This document shows positions 49,700-62,922 of a stretch of 64,000 bases of DNA, piece by piece (positions within the stretch are counted from its first letter, which is position 1; each line of letters begins with the position of its first letter). The DNA comes from Octopus vulgaris (lineage: Eukaryota). The stretch spans positions 135,408,001 to 135,472,000 of the forward strand of contig OX597814.1 in NCBI GenBank assembly GCA_951406725.2, given 5' to 3'. A model generated the notes under the pieces. That model saw nothing but the letters and a program-made list of their open reading frames with translations, was not told where the DNA came from and did not search any database. The translations under genes were made by a program, and so were the position numbers.

Positions 49700-50922
49700 G
49701 ACATGTTCACAGCTGGAATATTTTTGATCAACGTTGACATGGAGGTTATGAAAGATATTTGGACAAATAGCTTTTACTATAGTTCCAGGTTGATCCAAGC
49801 CTTGTGAGTGAAACTGGGTTGAAGGAAAATATGTGGAAGCCTGCCAGATGGATTGTACATGTAATTCAAACAGCCACTCATAATGTCACTGATTTTATCA
49901 GAAAATTACATTAATGATACACATGCTTGTGGAACATTCGGCCACATGCACTCTAATAGAGTGTGTAGGTGGTTCTGTTGCAGGAACAAGAAAACTAATA
50001 GAAAATCTATAATCTTTTATAATCTTCATGTCAACTTTGATCAAAAGTATTCCAGCTGTGAACATATCATCTTTTTATGTATAATGACCATATTATTGAA
50101 TATGTTATTTATTTTTAAGACAGTATGATTTCACAGAGACTTAGATGATACTGATAGCATGTTACAAGAAGTAGAATTCTTTCTAGTGTTCCCTCTTTCT
50201 GTCTCATCCCTGACTTTATAAACAAAATGTAACTAGATAGATTGGTTTGATGAATGTGCAAACACTGGACATGGGAAAGTACTTGTGTGATAGTACATAT
50301 TTTGCCACACAGGTACTTTTCCATTTTCAGTGTTTGCACATTCATCAAACCAATCTATCTAGTTACATTAGATATCACAAAATAATATGGTTCCAACAAT
50401 TACATTGTAAAATCCATGGCAATTTGATGAGCTTACAATGCTGAGATCACTTTCTTATATTTTACCAGATCTGATCACTTGTTTATAAAGTCAGAGATGA
50501 GACAGAAAGAGGGAACATTAGAAGGAATTCTACTTCTTGTAACATGCTATCAATAGCATCTAAGTCTCTGTTAAATCACACCATATACATAAAAAGATGG
50601 CATGTTCACAGCTGGAATACTTTTGATCAAAGTTGGCATGGAGATTATGAAAGATTACAGATTTTCTATTAGTTTTGATAAGTGATTTAGTTGTTCCAGT
50701 AACAGAACCACCTACACACTCTATTAGAGTGCATGTGACTGAATGTTCCACAAACATGTGTATCATTAATGTAATCTTCTGATAAAATCGGTGACATTAT
50801 GAGTGGCTGTTTGAATTACAGGTATAATCCATCTGGCAGGCTTCCACATATTTTCCCTCAACCCAGTTTCACTCACAAGGCTTGGATCAACCTGGAACTA
50901 TAGTAAAAGCTACTTGTCCAAA
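49700..50922. repeat. Nested fold-back inverted duplication
   Basis: 49758-50225 is the reverse complement of 50479-50922. There is an inner hairpin at 50226-50369, and 49700-49757 is a third copy of ~50600-50655. Confidence 0.9.
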
Positions 50923-52756
50923 AAAAAAAAAATGAAGTGGGATTGAGCTGAATACCTCATGATTGTGAAGCAAACTACTAAATTCCTCAGCCATGCTTGT
51001 ATTCTGGGACTGTACAACATCAACAACAAAAGCATGTATCTGCACTCTCTAAGCAAATCAATAAATATCTGTTAAATTTCACTAAAATCACACTCTACCA
51101 TCTTGAAAATCCAAATTAATGTAGACTCATTGGGCCTTAAACAAAGACAAGATGGTTGTAATTGGAATGATTTTGCTCATATTTCTGCTATATCATGGCT
51201 GAGCTGAGGCTTAACAGCATGTACTGGTGTTAGGTAAAAAGCCGAGGCTGTTAGTGTCACATAACCTGACCTGATCTGACAGACTTATATAAATGGTTTT
51301 CCCTTTCAAACAAGAAAAAGAAAAATTATATGAAAGAAAAAGAAAAAACACCTTCATGGACAAATTTTTTATTCATAACTCATCTCATCTTTATTTAGCC
51401 ATAACACAACAGATTCATTGAGTTTTATTAAGAAAGTTATTATTTATATTTTCCATTGTTAATTTTCTCCCAGAGTGAGAAAGTATTGTATACAATAGAA
51501 GGTTGCAAATAAGTGGGTATGGCTTCAGTCAGGTGCCAGATGAACTGTTGATGGTTTATTGAGTTCATGAGAGAAATTAATTCATCATCTTCATTTTAAG
51601 AGATCTATACTCTTTAGTGGTTAGACAAATCTGATAGTATGTTATTTTGCTACTTGTCTTGTCTTTCATCATTGTCTCTCTTATGTCTAATGTTCTGAAA
51701 TCTGACTGTATCACATTTTTCATGTTCTCTCTCTCTCTCTCTCTCAAGCTCTGGTACTTTGTATTATATCTTCATATAAACAAGGACACATTATATCCTC
51801 ATCTCAAAACAAGAAACACTTGAAATAACTCTTGATGACCGAGTCCACTTTGCAAATCCTTAATATGTAGAAATACAGCTCACTGCTTCTCTAGATCAGG
51901 CTAGATAAGGCAAAAGAAAACCACTGAAATCTGTTCTCTCCTTTTTTTGATGTTGTTCAGTCAGGAAGGAAAAGTTGTCCTCATGATCCTTTACAGCCCT
52001 CCAACACTGGTGAGAGGGAAGGTATCCTCAGACTGGCGGCTAGACACAAATGCTTGAAACAGAGTGAACTCTGCTAAAAGCACTTAATGACCAAGTAGTA
52101 GTGTTAAACTGTAGCCACCTAGATAGGCTACTGCAGGATTTTGAACTCAGAATGCAGAGATCCAAAACAAATATAGCAAGGCATCCTGTTCTTCAATGTA
52201 ACAACTCTGCCAGCCCACTACCATAGGCTGATACTTTTATTTATTCACCCAGAAAGATGGAAGACAGAATTGACCATGACAAGATTTGAATTCAAAATTC
52301 AAAGAACCAGCAAGGCATTTCATCCATGCTCTAGCAACTGCCATTTTTCCACCTTCAATCTCTACAAAAAAAAAAAATAAAATTCAATGTTACCTCAATA
52401 ACCAAAAGTTGTGTGGTATTAAAATCAAAGAATATATAAATTAAGAGAACTCAGTATGGTTGTTGTGATGATTGAAAAAGTTTGTCATTTTAGACAGATC
52501 CTTTGATGAAATAATCAAGTATAATGGCCAGTTGGCAGTAAATAGATTAGAAAGTTAGAGACATGAAGTCGATGAAAAGATGTTCACTGTGTGAGTGATG
52601 TAAGGAAGAGTGTTGGGTCTGAGTGAGAAGGGCTGAGAGAGTGGGGAGAGACGTGTTGGGTGTGATAGGAAGTGCTAGCTGTGCACTGTGAGTTAACCAA
52701 TAATAAGCATGCAGTTACAAAGAAGCAAAAATACAAGGAAAATTTGGTAGCAGAAT

Positions 52757-54311
52757 TCATCATCATCATCATCATCATTTAGCGTCCGTTTTCCATGCTA
52801 GCATGGGTTGGACGGTTCAACTGGGGTCTGGGGAGCCCGAAGGCTGCACCAGGCCAGTCAGATCTGGCAGTGTTTCTACAGCTGGATGCCCTTCCTAACG
52901 CCAACCACTCCGAGAGTGTAGTGGTTGATTTTATGTGCCACCGACACAGGTGCCAGACGAGGCTGGCGAACGGCCACGCTCGGACGGTGTTTTTATGTGC
53001 CACCGACACAGGTGCCAGATGAGGCTGGCAGACGGCCACGCTCGGATGGTGTTTTTATGTGCCACCGACACAGGTGCCAGATGAGGCTGGCGGACGGCCA
53101 CGATCGGATGGTGTTTGTTACGTCCCCAAAGCACGGAGGCCAGTCTATGCGGTACTGGCTACGGCCACGTTCGGATGGTTTTCTTGTGTGCCACCGGCAC
53201 TGGTACCACAAAGATACAAATTCCATTGATGTTCATCTATTTTGATTTGTTTTGATTTGATTTTCACTTGCCTCAACAGGTCTTCACAAGTGTCACAAGA
53301 AGGAAGGTATGCACAGGTGGACTGACTACGTCCCAGGTAGGGGCCACGGGTTATGGCCTGACTAGTCTTGCCGGGTCTTCGGATGGTGTTTTTATGTGCC
53401 ACCGACACAGGTGCCAGATGAGGCTGGCGAACGGCCACGATCGGATGGTGTTTGTTACGTGCCCACAGCACGGAGGCCAGTCGATGCGGTACTGGCTACG
53501 GCCACGTTCGGATGGTTTTCTTGTGTGCCACCGGCACTGGTACCACAAAGATACAAATTCCATTGATGTTCATCTATTTTGATTTGATTTGATTTGATTT
53601 TCACTTGCCTCAACAGGTCTTCACAGGTCTTCACAAGTGTCACAAGAAGGAAGGAAGGTATGCACAGGTGGACTGACTACGTCCCAAGTAGGGGCCACGG
53701 GTTATGGCCTGACTAGTCTTGCCGGGTCTTCGGTTGGTGTTTTTATGTGCCACCGACACAGGTGCCAGATGAGGCTGGCGAACGGCCACGATCGGATGGT
53801 GTTTGTTATGTGCCCACATCACAGAGGCCAGTCGATGCGGTACTGGCTACGGCCACGTTCGGATGGTTTTCTTGTGTGCCACCGGTACTGGTACCACAAA
53901 GATACAAATTCCATTGATGTTCATCTATTTTGATTTGGTTTGATTTGATTTGATTTGATTTGATTTTGATTTTGATTTTGATTTTCACTTGCCTCAACAG
54001 GTCTACACAAGTGTCACACACTTGCCTCAACAGGTCTTCACAAGTGTCATAAGTAGGAAGGTATGCACAGGTGGACTGACTACGTCGCCGGGTCTTCGGA
54101 TGGTGTTTTTATGTGCCACCGACACAGGTGCCAGATGAGGCTGGCGAACGGCCACGATCAGATGGTGTTTGTTGTGCCCACAGCACGGAGGCCAGTCGAT
54201 GCGGTACTGGCTACGGCCACGTTCGGATGGTTTTCTTGTGTGCCACTGGTACTGGAACCACAAAGATACAAATTCCATTGATGTTCATCTATTTTGATTT
54301 GGTTTGATTTT
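52757..54311 (-). mobile_element. Second copy of the VNTR-headed composite retroposon
   Basis: Reverse complement of ~18990-20530, with the same order of unit variants but scattered differences. (CAT)n tail at 52757-52778. Confidence 0.85.
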
Positions 54312-54761
54312 TTTAAATATTAAATTACCAACATTCCAAAGAGGAAAATCAGCCACTTTTTACTGTATCACTGGGTTGTTTTCAGATTAAGGTGTTGCTG
54401 AACACCTAAGATAAAGAGGTGGTGGTGAAGAATTTGTCAAAGGAGTTGAAATAGCAAGTCACATTGTAGACATTTAACAGATCACCACTCACCTTACTAC
54501 CTCTCTGTATGTAGAATTAACGAGTTTCATGGTCCAAAGGTGACTCACCAACTTAGAGAACAAAAGCTCGTTTTTCCAAGTAGGAACTTCAACTCTTGGT
54601 GGTTTGAATACTTACCTCCAAATTCACCACTCACTCCACAACTGTTTCTTTGTAATTGTGTGTCCATCATTGATTAATTTCATTACTACTACTACTTACT
54701 CTCACTAACTTCCTCTCTCCCTATACAGCTCACATGAACCAACTGTCTCCCTAAATGCAAG

Positions 54762-54977
54762 GAGGTTCTCAAAAGTTCCTGGCTTTAAGGGTGTCATGAA
54801 AGGCCTGGTTGAAGGCTCAACCTTCTGAGTTATTTTACAGAGCTTAGAAAAACTGAAGGACCACTGCAATAAGTGTGTGAATCTGAGAGGAGAATATGTT
54901 GAATAAAAATCATAATTAACTGATCCTTCTGTATTTTCTTTTACCCCAAGCCAGGAACTTTTCAGCAACCCCTCATA
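54762..54977. mobile_element. Mariner-derived MITE
   Basis: TIRs gaggttctcaaaagttcctggctt / aagccaggaacttttcagcaacccctcata; internal remnant NKCVNLRGEYVE*. Confidence 0.7.
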
Positions 54978-57769
54978 GCTCACACTAGTTGCTTCTTTCT
55001 CAGCTTTCTTCCTTCACACTCCTGCAGCATTCATTATTCATTGCAATACTTTCTCATCTACTTTCTTTCCTCATCTTTTAATTTATGCTAGTTATTAGAT
55101 CAAAGGATCTGTTTCTGAAATGTCAGACTGTTTCACTTCTCATAGCAAAGAAACATATTGATACTTACGAATTCTCTTGAATCTTATTACTATTACTTTT
55201 GTCACTAAGTTCCTTGGATTAGAGATTTTACCCAAAATGAGTAAAATTTAGGTCAACAAAAAGCCAAGGAAAATTAGTGTCAAAAATTAGGTTGAATGAT
55301 AAGAAAAGTCAATTTCGTTTTCACATATTTCTGTCAGTAAATATATATTTACTATCAGTTACTTTTATCTTTTCTTTTCATACTGTTATTTGCTTTTTTG
55401 TTTAGGTGAAAATCAGTCACATTTACTTGGCCACAATTTATCATATGCTAGATAACACATGAATAACATTTTAAAAGACTTGTTTAATGTGAGTGCCAGT
55501 TTTTGAACTCCTGATCTTTAGGTGAGTTGTTTAGTGCTCTGACCCTAAAGTTACTTATTTGGTCTTAAGCATACGTTTTATCAGACACATAACTGCAGTA
55601 GAAATAACTATATGGAGAGTTACTAGATTGAGATATGTATTGTATAGTCATAGCACTTAATAATACCAGACATATTTTATAGTGATTTTTAATATTAGGC
55701 CAAAATATGGAAGCAAGGTGAATAAGATTTATCAACCTGAGTACTTGTTTAATGACCCTGGAAGGATGAAAGGCAAATCAGCCTCAGCAAGATCTGAACT
55801 CAGGCAGTAAAAGTATATTACTAAATATTGTAAAGTATTCTGCCTATAACTCTACCAATTCTGTTAATCCTTATCAAACATACTAAAGTTACCAGCACTG
55901 GAAGCTTGGTAAACTTTGATATAACTTTTAAAAGATCTGCAAGTTGGTGTTTGATGGTTTGTATAGTGTCACCACCAGTATTTTGTTTGTAGTCAAGATC
56001 AAGATACTTAATGCACAAATGGCCTTGGCATACAATTCAACAATTGATTGAAATGTCTTCTAGGTTGGTACTGCAAGGTATGCAAAACTTGCTGTTGTAG
56101 GTAGTGGCTACACAGTACATTTGATAACAGTTTCATTATAATAATTAAATTCTGTTCTTCTTATAGGAAACATTATCTGCAATAAACTTGTCATATCCAG
56201 AAAAGCATTTGTCATTCTTCTACTTAGTAGCATATAAACCAGAAATTAGTATCAATCTAGTAGAATGCAAAATATGGTCAAACTCATGATATTTGAAGCT
56301 AACTATAAAATGTACACACAAAAAAAATCTATTCTTTATGATCATAGTGCCAAGAGATGAGCTGTTAATATGAGATTTCAAATTACATTTGCTACTTGGA
56401 TATTCTTTTGTCACATGAAACTTGTTCCATCTAATTCTGATATCCTAATTAATAGACATACAGTTTGCTGATAAGATGAGACATTTTACAATGTATTTAT
56501 ACCAGGTTCCACTAATCGGATCAGTTTGTCTTTCACTTCTTGGATTGAACGCTTGTGCCAGTCCAGACTATTGTTTCTAATACAGCACCTTGGTCCATAA
56601 CGAAATATTTCACTCTATATGAGCCTTAATCTGCAGATAGGAATACCACATCTTAAAGAACTGCATGGGGTTAAATACTAACAAAAATCTCATCATTAAA
56701 GAAAAGGTATTGCCTGAAGAAAACTATTCCACATCATTAATCTTTTACCTGTCCAATGCATTTTCATAAGTTGGTTCAAAATGTTCATGCTTGTTTTCAG
56801 AATTTTAGTTAGCCCTTGTTTTATATGTTCTGAGCAATATAAGTCTTTTCTTTCCTGTCCCAAGTTACTCTAGTAGTTTTAAAAAATTGGGAATGTATAT
56901 CATACATGATGCATAGATGCCAGAGAAATATGTCCTGTGTATCACATGATATACAAGACAGGCAACGGATTAACACACAATTGGTACAGATAAACTTGAT
57001 GCAAATTTTATCTGTTGGAAGAGAGAATTTAGAATGTTTCCTGTAGTTCTGTAAACTGAAAAATAAAATTCTATATAGTTCTGAGAAGTTTTATTGAAAT
57101 AACCATCTCTCATTCAAAGCTTTTTGATTGCAAACTGGTCAACAAGTCTCCAACAGCAGGAAAGAAAAGTCTAATCCTAGATGGACGAAGCAAGATTGAG
57201 TATAACCAAAAAAGTTATATCACATCTATGTGGAGAAAAGAAATCAGTTAAAAAGACTCACTGGTATAAGCTCATGAAGAAGGCTTAATGAACTGTCTAA
57301 CCTCAAAGCTGTAGACTTATGAAACAGACATTCTAAAGTGATGATGTATATTAACAGTACCCATGAAAATTCTACACTTAGTTTAAAGTTTGTAAGATGA
57401 TTATACATAATCATGAAATATATTTTTTGAAATTGTAATTTGTTAGAAACAGTTAATTCCTGAGGTGGTCCATGTAGGTAGTACCGAATGTGCAATCTTA
57501 GGAGATAACATCCCTGAAAGAGATGTTACAGACTTGTCACATCTGTCTTGAGAATTGCTATCTATTATTTTTCACTTTAAACTAGCACTCTGTCAGTTAC
57601 GACAATGAGGGTTCCAGTTGATCCAATCAATGGAACAGCCTGCTCATGAAATCAACATGCAAGTGACTGAGCACTCCACAGACATGTGTACACTAAGTAA
57701 ATCTCAAGGAAATTCAGTGTGACACAGAATATGACAAGACTGGCTCCTTTGAATTACAGGTACTCTCTT

Positions 57770-58160
57770 TATTCTTTTACTTGTTTCAGTCATGTGACTG
57801 TAGTTATGCTGGAGCACCACCTTTAGTCAAGCAAATCGACCCCAAGACTTATTCTTTGTAAGCCTAGTACTTATTCTATCAGTCTCTTTTGCTGAACTGC
57901 TAAGTTACGGGGACGTAAACACACCACCTTCGGTTGTCAAGCAATGTTGGCGGGGACAAGCACAGACACACAAACACACACACACATATATATATGACGG
58001 GCTTCTTTCAATTTTCATCTACCAAATCCACTCACAAGGCTTTGGTCAGCCCGAGACTATAGTAAAAGACACTTGCCCAAGGTGCCACACAATGGGACTG
58101 AACCTGGAACCATGTGGTTCGTAAGTAAGCTACTTACCACACAGCCACTCCTACGCCTAC
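57770..58160 (-). mobile_element. Near full-length tRNA-derived SINE
   Basis: Minus-strand head ggagtggctgtgtggtaagtagc...ggttccaggttcagtccca with Pol III A- and B-box-like motifs; internal (TG)n; A-rich gtaaaagaataaaag tail. Confidence 0.8.
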
Positions 58161-61100
58161 TACTTATTTTTGTCAGCTGGGTCAATTGGATCAATGTGAA
58201 AGAAAGCGTCTTACTCAAGAACACAACACACCAATGGTAATCAATATCATCATCATCATCATCATCATCATGAGCTGAATACCCATAACCACTAAGCCAA
58301 GCACCTTCAACATTTTCCATTTTACATAAAAAGTAAACAAACTTAATTGTAGAATGAATCTGTCTTTAATATTGTGTTACTGTATGACTAAGTTGGTAAA
58401 GCTTTAACAAATCTTAATACACAGTATTACATCCTTGTTTTCATATCATAGGAAAGTTCATATAGCTAGACTTGAACCTACAGTCACAGCAAATGAAACG
58501 TGATAGCTACCCATTAAACTGTAGATTCTAGAAAAATAACATATCAGTAATTTAGGTGCAGACATGGCTGTAAGGTTAAAAAGATTGCTTCATAATTGTG
58601 TGGTTCTGGATTTGGCCTCACTACACAGTATCTTTGGCTAGAGTTTTCTGCTATAGCCTAGAGCTGATTCATGCCCTGAATGAAATTTTGTAAGCAGAAA
58701 TATGGAAGCTGATGGTGTGTGCATGCAGCACGCACATGTGAATGTGTGTTTATAATTATGTCATGTAAAACCAGTGATGTTGTTGACGTGCTTTAACAGA
58801 GCAGTTCAACATAAAATATGTACCATATTTAAAAATATTGATTGGGATTGATATGCTTGAAAGTGGTGACCCAGCCTGGCCATAATCTAATAACCAGCAA
58901 AGGACTAAATGAACAAAAAAATATATATGCTGAACTTAATCCAATTTATTCATGTTACAATAATTATGACATGCTTGATATGATTATGTCTTTAGTTACA
59001 CTCTAACTTAGCCTTTAATATGTATTTATATATGTATATGTAAGTATGTACAGAATATCTCAGCATGTCTTCCATACTTGTAACAAAATAATACTTTCAA
59101 TTAACCCTTAAATGGAGACATCATCAACTGATGCCAAAGCATCACTTTGTCAAATGTGCCTAACTGTAAGTGACCCTTTTTGATGGGAGAAATGAAGTAG
59201 CAAATCAAAGATTTACATAGCTAATGAAGAAGTTTTTTCTGACTTCCTTCATCAGATGGGGTAGATGATGATATTCCGGGTTGCATGAGCTGCTTCAACA
59301 ATCTCTGGATGGAAAAACTGCACCAATTTTTCTTCATTTGTAAATTTGCATGACAACAATGTGGGAATCTCAATGAATTTATGCTCACACCGGATGTAAA
59401 GGAAAGTGAAAATCTTATGACACTTTTCAAAATTGACTTGGTAAATTTTATTATGAGAGAGACTAACAATTATTATAGCTTTTGTAGTTATTTAAAATGA
59501 AAATAGATACAAAAATTACCCTTAAGAAATATTTTTTTATATTTTTAGCCCATTTGGCACACACATTTATGCAACCCTTTCCTGCTATCTATAAATATGC
59601 CATAAGATGTTATGTACTAGGATACACTTCATAAACATTTTAGATGCAGAGAGAGGGAAAAAGAGACTGAGTAAACTAAAGAGGCAGTGATATTCTGAAC
59701 TTTGCTACTCCCTTTCCTTTATTGAATTTAAGTCTCCATTTCATTTTCATCCTCTTTCTGTTGCATGTTTACTTTAACTCCCACTCTTACTCAGCCCCTC
59801 ACTTCTTAAAATACTTATTTTCTTTAACTCTTCATTGATTTCAGTATTTCCACTCCTCTTTTTCCTGTTCTTTCCTTCACTGTCTTTGTATCATTCTCCA
59901 TTTACCATTATTAATACCATTGTCACTGCCAGCATCACTACCATAACTACCAACAGTTTATTTCTTATATTGTTTGCGCTACTTGGCTGCAGAATTACAC
60001 TTCCCTATTATATTGCCTAATAAGGATTATTTACATACGTTGCAAATAACTTACCTCTGAACAAATTACTTGTGTATAGAAAGCAGAGTTCCCCATCTCC
60101 ATTCCACCAATTATTCCCATTCACATTAATGAGTAATGTGGAAGGGTCTGAAATTTCCTTGATATTCCCTATGTCTACAGAAAGCAGTCCTCCACATCCT
60201 TTATTAGAGTGCTTTGTTGTTTTGGAATGGAAATATGCAAATGAAGAAGGCAGGTCCTCTCTAATACTGGAGAACACCTACACTTGCATAGACCTGGCAG
60301 AATGAAAACTGATAGAGGCTGAGAAGTATAACCTTCATTTTCAGCTTTTTATCCATGATAACCCAATTAAGCCTTCATCTGCTGAACCACCTTTTTATAC
60401 TCTCACATCTCTCCTTTCTCATTGTACCATGTTTCTCCATGTAACTAGGAATGGTATTAGACCTACCTGACCCTCTAATTTGTTTCACACATTCTTCTAT
60501 TCATTGAATCATGATACTTGAATATTAAGAGATGGCAATTCTCTTTGACTACTATCTCTATCACTCTACCTCTTTCTCCACTGAAAAAACTTTTGCTTGA
60601 AGGATAACATATCTGAATGTAATTAATACACCCTACTATTACCTTTATTTTGCCTGCTCATTACTTATTACTCTCTTTCACCATTGTGCCACCACTATCT
60701 CCCATTACATCTCACCTTATTCTATCTCTTCTTTAACTTAAACCCTACTGTTCCTCCTTTCACCCACTGACTCTAGTTCTGTCATTCTCTCTTTTTCTTC
60801 ACTTTTTCTATCCTCTTAAGCATATTGCCTTGGACAAAGATGCTATAGTATAGTAAGGCCCCTCAGCCTTGTGGGGCATAAAGCAATCTAGTGTTGGTGC
60901 CAAGTTTTCAAGTGATATTCTGTCAGTTACGACAATGAGTGTTCCAATTAATCTGATCAATGGAACAGCCTGCTCATGAAATTAACATGCAAATGGCTGA
61001 ACACTCCACAGACATGAGTACCCTTAACATAGTTCTCAGGGAGATTCAGTGTGACACAGAATGTGACAAGGCTGGCCCTTTGAAATACAGGTACTATTCA

Positions 61101-61499
61101 TTTTTGCCAGCTGAGCAGACTGGAGCAATGTTAAATAAAGTGTCTTGCTCAAGGGCACAATGCATTGCTGGGAATTGAACTCACAATCGTGAGCTGAATA
61201 CCCTAACCACTAAGCAATGAATTGAGACAACATAGGGTTGAGAGGAATGCCTCAATCTGGCTGTGGGCATGATAGTGTTGATACCTTGACAAAATATACC
61301 TGGTATTGTCTATAAAGTGGTTTTAGTTAGGAAGTGCATTGAACCACAGAAATCATGCCTCAAATAAAATACATAAGTAAGATGTGGTCCTCCAAGTCAT
61401 TTAGGAGGCAATATCTCCAAATAAAATCTTGGAATCGGAGACCCATCCAACCTGTGCCATCAGGAAAAGCAGCTATAAAATGCTGATGAGGATATATAA

Positions 61500-61736
61500 T
61501 TCGAGCGAGGTCATTGCCAGTACCGCCTGACTGGCCCCCGTGCCGGTGGCACGTAAAAGCACCCACTACACTCCTGGAGTGGTTGGTGTTAGGAAGGGCA
61601 TCCAGCTGTAGAAACTCTGCCAGATCAAGACTGGAGCTTGGTGCAGCCATCTGGTTCGCCAGCCCACAGTCAAACCGTCCAACCCATGCTAGCATGGAAA
61701 GCGGACGTTAAACGACGATGATAATGATGATGATGA
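61500..61736 (+). mobile_element. 5'-truncated SINE with (ATG)n tail (monomeric relative of the composite element)
   Basis: cgagcgaggtcattgccagtaccgcctgactggcccccgtgccggtggcacgtaaaagcacccactacactc...aggaagggcatccagctgtagaaac...gatgatgatga. Confidence 0.8.
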
Positions 61737-62053
61737 CATATATAGAATATAAAGAAAAGTCAGGCGGTATGAGATGAATATATTTATTTTACCAGTTGAT
61801 ATCCCATAGGATGACGATCGTTTTGCAGCCAACATCATACAAAAATAATTTTAGTGTATAATTAATTATTTTACATGTCTGCTATAAATTGCATAAACCT
61901 ATCGTACATTTTACAAACGAATGCAGGTAAAGAAGGCTAGCTCATCAGATCAACAGAATATGAAAACATCTATTTTCTCAACTCTTCAAATCATCAAAAG
62001 TCCCCCAAAGGGAACTTTTTGTGATTATCACCAGGTTATGTAAATCCATATAT

Positions 62054-62092
<39 letters not shown>

Positions 62093-62096
<4 letters not shown>

Positions 62097-62550
62097 GCAG
62101 CATGGAAGGTGTTTGTAAGCCATTTAAGAAACACACAAAAGCTGTTCGATTCACTTCAACATTTAAGTTTAATTTGTCAAAATATTTTCATCGCTAAAAT
62201 CCGCAACCTGTTCACTGACAAAAATCCGTGCTGCATCCAATTGAATGCTTCATTCAATTGCTGTAGAACTCAAACATCGAGCCTGATGAGCCAACTTGAT
62301 GCAGATGGTTTTCAATACTCAGTTTGGTTATATGGAGAATATTTGTGATCACCCTGGTTATATAAGAGTGGATGGTGTCAGCTAACACCTTCATTTTGAT
62401 GCTGTTAATGTCAGTTGGCCAGCCAGACTGAGAATCGAACGGCTTTTGTGTGTTTCTTAAATGGCTTACAAACACCTTCCACGCTGCAATTGTTTTCGTT
62501 CCAGCACACAATCTCAGATCAAATCACTTGCTACGTGAGTACATCTCCGT
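62093..62550. mobile_element. PLE pLTR-like fold-back (60 bp arms) enclosing a hammerhead variant and a captured mariner fragment
   Basis: 62093-62152 is the reverse complement of 62432-62491. (TA)n lies on both flanks, and 62247-62433 matches 63656-63842. Confidence 0.7.
62173..62222 (-). ncRNA. Type-I hammerhead motif with compensatory G3-C8 core (GUGAACA)
   Basis: Minus strand: tttgtca GTGAACA g gttgc ggatttta gcgat GAAA atat TT tgacaaa. Stem I 7 bp, stem II 5 bp including two GU pairs, palindromic AAAATATTTT stem III. Confidence 0.7.
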
Positions 62551-62555
62551 AAATA

Positions 62556-62588
<33 letters not shown>

Positions 62589-62922
62589 TACTGGTGACTG
62601 ATGGTATTAAGGGCAGACATCGGGACACACATACATACAGTGTAATAAAATCTGTAAATATATTATTGTTCTTACCATATTAATATATAGATATATATAA
62701 AATATAACATGTCTTGAATGACACAAAAATGCAGAGTGGACTATAATAAATGTTATAATTTAATTATTCATAGTCTGATATAATAATGTTTTGGAATATA
62801 AAATTTCCTTCTTCAGACATCACTGAGCTTTACAGTTGATAAAATATATATATATATGTTATTGTAGATACACCATTATATCTTATTTAGTATTATACCA
62901 TTGAAAGTTGTGTTTATTATAT

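Noticed and set aside
50240-50290. TTGATGA...GAAAgtacTT hammerhead-like string
   Set aside because: C3 is absent, stem I cannot form, and the mirrored arm does not keep the motif.
58090-58155. tRNA gene
   Set aside because: tRNA-like A/B boxes are the head of a SINE; no complete cloverleaf.
59225-59262. CTGATGA...GAAA on the minus strand
   Set aside because: No stem II, stem III or stem I complementarity.
61800-61845. Hammerhead in the 25495/61740 repeat family
   Set aside because: The palindromic ACGATCGT followed by C is suggestive, but the core and stem I are too eroded in both copies to call.
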